DNA of 64,000 nucleotides from Candidatus Saccharicenans sp. (GTDB lineage Bacteria; Acidobacteriota; Aminicenantia; Aminicenantales; Saccharicenantaceae): NCBI GenBank assembly GCA_035416665.1, contig DAOLNQ010000003.1, positions 7,475 to 71,474 of the forward strand, read 5' to 3'. Shown piece by piece: positions 57,050 to 64,000 of this stretch (position 1 is its first letter; each line of letters starts with the position of its first letter). The notes under the pieces were generated by a model. It saw only the letters and a program-made list of their open reading frames with translations, ran no database searches and was not told where the DNA came from. The position numbers and the translations under genes were made by a program.

Positions 57050-57301
57050 CTATTGAGCCTTTTCTTCTGTTTTTTGTTCTTCCTGCATGGCGCTGGTTTC
57101 AGCTTCCAGCTTTTTCTGCCGGATAGAATCTTTAATGCTCGAGATCCCCGCCACTATAGCTATCAAGCCGCCGAAAAATAGAATGGGCGGAATAAAGCCA
57201 AAAACCACCTGGCAGAATTCACGCCACCAGACAAAAATTAACAGATAGACACCAGCCACCATGGCCACTATTCCGAAAAAGATGGCAAGATATTTACCCA
57301 T
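57050..57301 (-). CDS. small two-TM membrane protein with charged C-terminal tail
   Basis: 83 aa with two hydrophobic helices and then a KKLEAETSAMQEEQKTEEKAQ tail. Position and orientation are compatible with the kinase operon. Confidence 0.4.
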   Translation of the reverse strand: MGKYLAIFFGIVAMVAGVYLLIFVWWREFCQVVFGFIPPILFFGGLIAIVAGISSIKDSIRQKKLEAETSAMQEEQKTEEKAQ

Positions 57302-57557
57302 GTAATTCCTCCCTTCTCTTAAACATTGGCTTGTACTTTCGTTTTAAATTCTATCAATTATTCTAATACTAATCAACAAGTTTTATATTCTATTATCTTC
57401 TTGAACTGTCTGGTCAGAATAATAGTCAATTTGGACATGAACTACAAAGTTTGATTGACGGCAAGAATTAGTCTTCTGACCTCACCTGAAGTTTTAGACT
57501 GACAATTGCCATCTGGCCGTTTGCCGATTAATATAAATCCAGTGGTAGAAAGTAAAA

Positions 57558-58157
57558 ATGAAGACCAGATTGGTTATTTTTGACCTGGATGGAACCATAG
57601 TTGAAAATAATTACGATTGGGCTGCTATCAGGCAAGAACTGGGCTTGAGCAGCGGATCAATTCTGGCTTATCTTGATAGCTTACCTGAACCCGACAGATC
57701 GGAAAAATATGCTGTCCTTGAGGCTCATGAACGCCGGCAGACAGAGCTGGCCAGGCTCAGGCCGGGGACTGAAGCCTTCCTTGGCTGGCTGGCGAGCCGC
57801 CGGATCAAGACAGCTCTTGTTACCAATAATAACCTGGAAAATACCAGGCGCCTGCTGGAGCGCTTCCAGTTGACCTTTGATCTCACTTTGACCAGGGAAA
57901 GTGGTCTCTATAAGCCCAGTGGGGCTCCACTTATCAGAGTCATGGAGCAGCTTAAGGTCAAACCAGATGAAACTGTGGCTGTTGGCGATACCCACTACGA
58001 CTTACAGGCAGCCAGGGAAGCCGGTCTGGCCAGAGTTTTTATTTTAAAGGGTCCTATGACACCACCCGAACTGGCTGGGGCGACCTTTGTTTCTTCTTAT
58101 GAAGAAATAAAGCCTTATCTCGAGGAAAGATACCCACAGCCCACGAACATAAAATAA
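57558..58157 (+). CDS. HAD-superfamily hydrolase
   Basis: Motif I is FDLDGT. Motif II is VTNN. Motif IV is GDTHYD. Confidence 0.75.
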   Translation: MKTRLVIFDLDGTIVENNYDWAAIRQELGLSSGSILAYLDSLPEPDRSEKYAVLEAHERRQTELARLRPGTEAFLGWLASRRIKTALVTNNNLENTRRLLERFQLTFDLTLTRESGLYKPSGAPLIRVMEQLKVKPDETVAVGDTHYDLQAAREAGLARVFILKGPMTPPELAGATFVSSYEEIKPYLEERYPQPTNIK

Positions 58158-58182
58158 TGGCCAGTAAAATCCCTGGAGCAAC

Positions 58183-59874
58183 TCAATTATTTTCAGCCTG
58201 ATAGACGATTTTTCCACCGACTATGGTATAAATGACAGGTGCAGTTAAAATAGCTTTTGGCTCAAGGCTGAAAATATCCAGACCGAAAACAGTCAGGTCG
58301 GCCAGTTTACCGGGCTCGAGTGTTCCCTTTAAATTCTCCTCGAACGAGGCATAGGCTGAGCCAGAGGTGAAACATTCGATGGCTTCGGCCAGAGTAAGCT
58401 TTTGCTCTGGAAACCATCCGCCCTCAGGGAAGTCATGTTCAATATTCTTACGGGTCACAGCTGAATACAGCCCACGGCGTGGATCAAGCGGCTCTACCGG
58501 CCAATCAGAGCCAAAGGCCAGTCTGGCTCCGCTCTCCAGAAGAGATCTCCAGGCATAAGCATACTTTGATCTCTCCAGGCCTATTCTCTGCTCGCAGAAA
58601 CGCAGGTCGGTGGTGCAGTGAGTTGGTTGCATGGAGGCAATTACCCCGAGTTCCTTAAATTGTTTTATGTCTTCAGGCTTAATGATTTGAGCATGTTCTA
58701 TCCGATAACGCAGGTTTTTCTGACCATGCTTTTTCTCTGCCCTTTCTATCGCCTTGAGGACCAGGTTAACTCCCTTGTCTCCGATTGCGTGAGTGCCAAC
58801 CTGAAAGCCGTTGGCATAAGCCCGATCTATCAGTTCATCAAATTCTTGCTCTGAATACTGCGCCAGGCCTGATTGACCCGGAACATCGGCAAAAGGTTCG
58901 AACATTAAGGCTGTGCCCGAACCAAGGGTTCCATCAATAAAGGCTTTGAGAAAACCTATTTTTAAGAACTCGTCACCCTGTCCCTGCCTGAGGCCCAGTT
59001 TCAGACATTGATCCATTTCTTCGACAGGCAGCCAGGCATAGATTCTAAGGGTTAGCCGGCCTTCGTCTTTAAGCTTTTTATAAATTTCCAGTTCTTTGAG
59101 ATCGGTTGAAGCGTGAACTCCGGTCAGGCCCAGCCGGCGGGCATGATCCAGCGCCCTCAGGATGTCTTCTTCAGGGGAAGATTTGATGGATGGCTCAATC
59201 TTGATCAGGTTCATCGCTGATTCTTTTAAAATGCCAGTCGGCTCGCCGCTGGCCTGATCTCTGACGATTTCGCCTCCAAAAGGATCAGGTGTGCGGCTAT
59301 CGATGCCCGACAATTTCAGGGCCAGGGTGTTAAGCCAGGCTGAATGCCCATCGACGCGACGGATGACGACAGGATTGTCAGGAGAGACTTTATCGAGATC
59401 TGACCGATCAGGCCATTTCTGGCCTGGAAACAGGGTGTGATCGTAGTCGCGACCAAAAATCGGTGTTCCTGGTGGTAGTTCTTTAATTCTGGCTGCTATC
59501 ATTTGCTGAACTTTTTCAACCGAATCAACGCCTCGGAAACTCAGCTCGATGAGTGATTGGCCGCCAGAAGAGAAGTGGGTGTGGGCATCGATTAAACCCG
59601 GGATAGCCACTCCTCCTGCCAGCTCGATTATCCTGGTTTCGGGGCCAGCATAACGGTTAATTTCTTCCCGGCTGCCAGTAGCCAGAATTTTGTCACCGCC
59701 TGCGGCCAGGGCCTCGACAAAAGGTCGTGAATTAAGGCCGGTGAAAATTTTTCCGGCTATTATCAGGTCAGCTTGTCTGGCCGGGGCCGGCCGGCAGGTT
59801 AAGCTGGCCAGAGTCAGAATGCTAATTAGCAGAACAGGCAGTGACAGCCGTTTTAAAACCCTTTTTGAGGCCAT
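58183..59874 (-). CDS. amidohydrolase-family metal-dependent hydrolase (Amidohydro_3), secreted
   Basis: 563 aa with a signal peptide. The metal ligands are present (GLIDAHTHF ... HAIGD ... FGSDWPV). Confidence 0.75.
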   Translation of the reverse strand: MASKRVLKRLSLPVLLISILTLASLTCRPAPARQADLIIAGKIFTGLNSRPFVEALAAGGDKILATGSREEINRYAGPETRIIELAGGVAIPGLIDAHTHFSSGGQSLIELSFRGVDSVEKVQQMIAARIKELPPGTPIFGRDYDHTLFPGQKWPDRSDLDKVSPDNPVVIRRVDGHSAWLNTLALKLSGIDSRTPDPFGGEIVRDQASGEPTGILKESAMNLIKIEPSIKSSPEEDILRALDHARRLGLTGVHASTDLKELEIYKKLKDEGRLTLRIYAWLPVEEMDQCLKLGLRQGQGDEFLKIGFLKAFIDGTLGSGTALMFEPFADVPGQSGLAQYSEQEFDELIDRAYANGFQVGTHAIGDKGVNLVLKAIERAEKKHGQKNLRYRIEHAQIIKPEDIKQFKELGVIASMQPTHCTTDLRFCEQRIGLERSKYAYAWRSLLESGARLAFGSDWPVEPLDPRRGLYSAVTRKNIEHDFPEGGWFPEQKLTLAEAIECFTSGSAYASFEENLKGTLEPGKLADLTVFGLDIFSLEPKAILTAPVIYTIVGGKIVYQAENN

Positions 59875-60018
59875 TATATTTCTCCTTTTGAAAACTGTTC
59901 CAATTATACTACCGGTGTTTATTAATGCAATTGAATGTCCGGATAGCTATTGATTTTCCCGGGCAGTTGGAGAAAAATAGAAGGCAAATAAGACCAAATT
60001 TTCCGAAGGAAGAGAAAA

Positions 60019-61170
60019 ATGAGAGAAAGTAAACTTCTTTTAATCCCGGGGCCGACACCGGTTGATGGCCGGATTCTGGAAGTTTTGTCCCAGCCTACTG
60101 TCTCGCATCTCAGTCCGGAAACGGTTGGAGCGCTGAGTGGGGCGGTAGAGAATATGAAGAAAATCGTCAGGACCAAGGATGGTCAGCCTTTTATCCTGGC
60201 CGGCGCGGGAACACTGGCCATGGAGATAGCTTTATTGAACATAACCGCCGACTCTGATCATGTGCTGATTCTCTCTCAGGGATATTTTGGTCAGCGGATG
60301 GCGGAAATTGCGGAAGCCTTTGATCTAAAATACCGCTTAATACAGAGTCCCTGGGGGAAAGTGGTCGGTGCCGATGAGCTAAGGGCTGAACTAAAAAAAC
60401 ACAAATACGGGGTGGTGGTTTGTACCCATGTTGACACAGCCACAGGTAGCTGTGCTCCAATTGAGCTTTACTCTGAGGTGATAAAACAAGAAGCGCCTGA
60501 AGCCCTGCTGGTGGTGGATGGCGTTTGCGCTACGGGAGGAGTTGAAGAGAATCTTGATAGCTGGGGGATTGATGTTATTTTAACCGCCGCTCAGAAATGC
60601 CTGGGCGCTCCTCCAGGGCTGGCCATAGATGTTTTTTCGAGAAGGGCTCTGGACAAAAGGAAAAAACTGCCGAAGGTTAAGGCTTATTATGCTGATATCC
60701 TGCGCTGGCTGCCGGTGATGGAAAATCCCAAAAAATATTTTTCCACCCCGGCCGTCAATGAAATCAGAGCTTTTTATGAAGCTACCCGTCTCGTCCTGGA
60801 AGAAGGACTGGAAAAACGCTTCGAAAGGCATGAACGTTATGCCTCGGCCATCAGAAGCGGCCTCCGATCGCTCGGTTTTTCAATCTACACGGATGAAACC
60901 TGTCTGGCCTCAACCCTATCCGTAGTTAGTTATCCAGATGGAATAGAAGATCAGAGTTTCAGACAGAAGCTGGAGGAATTTGGAGTGGTGGTGGCCGGGG
61001 GACTCGGGCCAACTGCCGGACAGGTTTTCCGACTGGGCCATATGGGTAATTTAACCAGGGCAGATATTATCTTTGCCTTCGATGCTCTGGAGAAAACGTT
61101 GCTGGCTCTGGGCGGGGAAGTTTCTCTGGGGGACGGAGTGGAAACAGTCAGGTCTCTTCTGATAAAATAA
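60019..61170 (+). CDS. class V aminotransferase (alanine--glyoxylate / serine--pyruvate aminotransferase-like)
   Basis: 383 aa with the PLP-fold motifs. The region containing the PLP-Lys is (TAAQKCLGAPPGLA). Confidence 0.8.
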   Translation: MRESKLLLIPGPTPVDGRILEVLSQPTVSHLSPETVGALSGAVENMKKIVRTKDGQPFILAGAGTLAMEIALLNITADSDHVLILSQGYFGQRMAEIAEAFDLKYRLIQSPWGKVVGADELRAELKKHKYGVVVCTHVDTATGSCAPIELYSEVIKQEAPEALLVVDGVCATGGVEENLDSWGIDVILTAAQKCLGAPPGLAIDVFSRRALDKRKKLPKVKAYYADILRWLPVMENPKKYFSTPAVNEIRAFYEATRLVLEEGLEKRFERHERYASAIRSGLRSLGFSIYTDETCLASTLSVVSYPDGIEDQSFRQKLEEFGVVVAGGLGPTAGQVFRLGHMGNLTRADIIFAFDALEKTLLALGGEVSLGDGVETVRSLLIK

Positions 61171-61236
61171 ACGGCCGTGATTTAGGATTTTTTATCTGAC
61201 CAGACTCGGTCTGAATGTAATGTAAAGAGGTACCAG

Positions 61237-62313
61237 ATGAAGAAAGAAGTGTATTTTGTAAAAGCCAGCCGAGAAGAGGGGCCAGAGGTTATTGCCAGGA
61301 AAGCTCTGGCAATTTATCGCGCTCTCGGTTTTAACGAAAGAATAGAAGCAGAAGATTTCGTCGCTTTAAAAATTCATTTCGGTGAAAAAAATAACACCGG
61401 TCATATTAAACCTCAATGGCTGACCGGGATTATTGATGATGTTTTGAGGAAGAGTGAGCGGGCGTTTTTGTCCGACAGCAACACTCTTTATGTTGGCCGT
61501 CGGTCAAATTCGGTTGATCACCTTCGGCTGGCCTGGGAACACGGTTTCAGACAGGAAATAGTCAAAATACCGGTAATCATTGCTGATGGGCTGGTTGGCC
61601 GGGAGAAAGTAGAACTTAAAGTTGACGGGAGCCGGGTACAAAGCTCACGGATTGCTAGTGCTTTTCTCAGTTCACAGGTCATGATTTGCTTATCTCATGT
61701 TACCGGGCATGTTCAGACCGGGGTAGGGGCGGCCATTAAAAATCTCGGGATGGGCTGCGCTTCGAGAGCCGGCAAACTCGATCAGCATTCGGTTGTCCAC
61801 CCCCGGGTTAGTGCCAGGCAGTGCCGGAATTGCGGAGTCTGTCTTGATTATTGTCCGGCGTCAGCCATCAGGCAAACCAGAGATCAGGCTATTATTGATG
61901 ATGAAAAATGCATTGGCTGTGGCGAGTGTCTGGTCGTCTGCCGCTTTGGAGCCATCAAGATGAAATGGGATGAGGATTCCCGGCGTCTGCAAGAGAAAAT
62001 GGCCGAATATGCCCTGGCGGTCAAAAATCATTTCGGAGAAAAAATATCTTTTATCAATTTTATGCTCCAGGTTACCAAGGATTGTGATTGTATGGCCAGG
62101 AACCAGGCCGGGGTGGTCCAGGATATCGGGATAGCAGGATCATTGGATCCTGTAGCTCTCGACCGGGCTTCAATTGATCTGGTCAATCAGGCTGCTGGTA
62201 AAGATGCTTTCCGTCAGGGTTATAATCTTGACTGGTCAATTCAGCTGGCCCACGGAGAAAAAATAGGACTTGGCAGGCAGGATTATCAACTGGTCGAGAT
62301 TACCGAGGGTTGA
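61237..62313 (+). CDS. DUF362-domain protein with two [4Fe-4S] ferredoxin motifs
   Basis: The DUF362 N-terminus is present. Two Cys clusters are found: CRNCGVCLDYCP and CIGCGECLVVC. Confidence 0.7.
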   Translation: MKKEVYFVKASREEGPEVIARKALAIYRALGFNERIEAEDFVALKIHFGEKNNTGHIKPQWLTGIIDDVLRKSERAFLSDSNTLYVGRRSNSVDHLRLAWEHGFRQEIVKIPVIIADGLVGREKVELKVDGSRVQSSRIASAFLSSQVMICLSHVTGHVQTGVGAAIKNLGMGCASRAGKLDQHSVVHPRVSARQCRNCGVCLDYCPASAIRQTRDQAIIDDEKCIGCGECLVVCRFGAIKMKWDEDSRRLQEKMAEYALAVKNHFGEKISFINFMLQVTKDCDCMARNQAGVVQDIGIAGSLDPVALDRASIDLVNQAAGKDAFRQGYNLDWSIQLAHGEKIGLGRQDYQLVEITEG

Positions 62314-62448
62314 TCTCGGCAGCTGGCGCTTACCCGAGGAGCCGGTCAGCGGGGCTAAAACAATACTAAAACAATAATGGTAGGGAGCCAAGAGTGAACT
62401 ACTTTTCTACTCATGATTTTTCTTTGACGAACAACATCCACTAAAAAA

Positions 62449-62985
62449 TTAACTGGCAGTTAAACGTAATAGCGTTGCCTCATAGACGTCCAGGTCTGAA
62501 TCTGTATATAGAACGAAGCGGATTTTTTTTACCCATTTAAGTCGAGGCACCATCTCCAGCACAGTTTTCAGAGCAGTGCTGGTAGCTTTTTCCAGAGGAA
62601 AACGGAAGAAACCGGTGGATATAGCCGGAAAGGCAATAGATTCAATCTGGTGTTCTTCAGCCAGTTCCAGAGCGCGGCGATAACAGCTGGCCAGAAGTTC
62701 CTCAGCTGGTTCATCGACTCCATAAACAGGGCCAAGGCAATGGATGACATATTTATTGGGGAGGTGGTGTCCGCTGGTAATGACCGCCTCTCCTGGCTCA
62801 ATCGGGGCTAATGGCCGGCATTCTTCTTCCAGACCAGGGCCCGCGGCTTCATGGATAGCTCCAGCTGCGCCACCCCCGGGCTGCAAGCGAGCATTGGCCG
62901 GGTTAACAATGGCCATAACATCTGGCTGGTTGGCGATATTGCCCTTGACACACTCTATGATGACACCGGAAATTTCTTTTTGCAT
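62449..62985 (-). CDS. macro-domain protein (O-acetyl-ADP-ribose deacetylase / ADP-ribose-binding)
   Basis: 178 aa. The motifs VNPANARLQPGGGAAGAIHEAAGP and the G-rich phosphate-binding loop are typical of macro domains. Confidence 0.8.
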   Translation of the reverse strand: MQKEISGVIIECVKGNIANQPDVMAIVNPANARLQPGGGAAGAIHEAAGPGLEEECRPLAPIEPGEAVITSGHHLPNKYVIHCLGPVYGVDEPAEELLASCYRRALELAEEHQIESIAFPAISTGFFRFPLEKATSTALKTVLEMVPRLKWVKKIRFVLYTDSDLDVYEATLLRLTAS

Positions 62986-63256
62986 CTTTCCACTCCCTCC
63001 TTAAGACTAAAACATTTTACCCTTCTGAAAGTTACAGCCAGAATATAAAGTTATCTATTGTAAAATTCAAGATAAATTTAACAAACGCCGCCTGCTACCT
63101 GGCTAATGGCAAATAGTGGGGCTGACCCCATTCTGAGATAACGAGACATAGAGTTCTCTGGCACTTTATAGAAGGACCGCTAAAAATATAATATAATGCC
63201 AAAAACCTGAGCGCCGAATAAAAACAGGTAGGAGATAAGAATAGGAGGGAAAAATC

Positions 63257-64000
63257 ATGGAGAAAATACAAAATCGAACAAAAGGTCAGAAAATTTTATT
63301 TCTGGCTCTGATAATCCTGGGCTTGCTTTTACCTGAAATCGGACAGACTCAGCCTGCCGGAAAAGTGCAGGAAGGGCTGAAATTTTCGAGTCAGATCCTT
63401 GGTCAGGAAGTCAAATATACCATCTATTTTCCCCCTGATTATGATCTTTCTAACCGGCGCTATCCCGTTGTCTATCTCCTTCATGGTTATACAGATAACG
63501 ATATGGCCTGGGTTCAGTTTGGCCAGGTAAATCTGATCGTGGATAGAGCAATTGCCTGCGGTGAGCTCCCGCCGATAATAATTGTCATGCCGGATGGGGG
63601 AGTTAGCTGGTACATCAATGATTATCAGGGCAAGGTGCGTTATGAAGACATGTTCTGTCAGGAACTCATACCTTATATTGATTCTAATTATCGAACCAGA
63701 GCGTCCAGAGAGTTTCGAGGCGTGGCAGGTTTATCAATGGGCGGGTGGGGAACCTTAATTTACGCCTTGCGCCATCCCGATCTGTTCGCGGCCGCTGCTG
63801 CCTTCAGTGCAGCTGTCTGGACAGATGAAGAAATAATCGCTACCGATGATAAGACTTATGAGCAGATCTTTTCCCGGCTTTATGGCCCCGGGCTTAAAGG
63901 CCGTGAGCGGCTGACCACTCATTTCCAGAGTTATAATCCCCTGCAGCTGGTTAAAACCTTACCAGTTGATAAAATAAAACAGGTCAGGTTTTATTTAGAT
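63257..64000 (+). CDS. secreted esterase (esterase D / putative esterase family alpha/beta-hydrolase), 3'-truncated by window end
   Basis: A signal peptide is present. The motifs YPVVYLLHGY and GLSMGGWGT (GxSxG nucleophile) are recognisable. The ORF continues past position 64000. Confidence 0.6.
   Translation, partial: MEKIQNRTKGQKILFLALIILGLLLPEIGQTQPAGKVQEGLKFSSQILGQEVKYTIYFPPDYDLSNRRYPVVYLLHGYTDNDMAWVQFGQVNLIVDRAIACGELPPIIIVMPDGGVSWYINDYQGKVRYEDMFCQELIPYIDSNYRTRASREFRGVAGLSMGGWGTLIYALRHPDLFAAAAAFSAAVWTDEEIIATDDKTYEQIFSRLYGPGLKGRERLTTHFQSYNPLQLVKTLPVDKIKQVRFYLD

Overview
This 64 kb window is a chromosomal region at about 50% GC, apparently from an anaerobic bacterium with an outer membrane. 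Ferredoxin- and flavodoxin-type enzymes point to anaerobiosis; an outer-membrane beta-barrel ending in a terminal Phe, Sec signal peptides and a lipobox-like motif point to a diderm envelope. A long, Bacillus-type SRP RNA is also present. Coding density is high and genes lie on both strands. Most genes are housekeeping or metabolic. An indolepyruvate:ferredoxin oxidoreductase (iorAB) sits next to a fused ADP-forming acyl-CoA synthetase. Other recognisable products are transketolase, a GlcD-like FAD oxidase, cobO, acylphosphatase, YggS, RmuC, a dGTPase-like HD protein, two ABC transporters, two MFS transporters, a GH2 hydrolase, several secreted peptidases (S9, M14, a penicillin-acylase family member, a zinc peptidase), a 1307-aa orphan sensor histidine kinase, a class V aminotransferase, a DUF362 ferredoxin protein and a macro-domain protein. 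The most unusual locus is at about 26.4-30.2 kb. It is a tandemly duplicated cassette: a shared promoter and 5' leader, a Sec-secreted peptide of about 40 aa rich in Cys and Trp, a stem-loop attenuator, a secreted NHL-type six-bladed beta-propeller protein, and a translationally coupled membrane-anchored CxxC thioredoxin-like protein. The upstream copy has lost the peptide gene by deletion and retains only a 14-codon stub of the thioredoxin-like gene. The two propeller paralogues share long identical tracts, and the promoter of the intact copy carries a T13 homopolymer. A second notable locus at 37.4-40.0 kb pairs a pentaheme c-type cytochrome with an outer-membrane beta-barrel that carries its own CxxCH heme site, a possible minimal porin-cytochrome conduit. 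A 476-bp MITE-like element with 22-bp terminal inverted repeats lies between two peptidase genes. No CRISPR array, rRNA or tRNA was seen.
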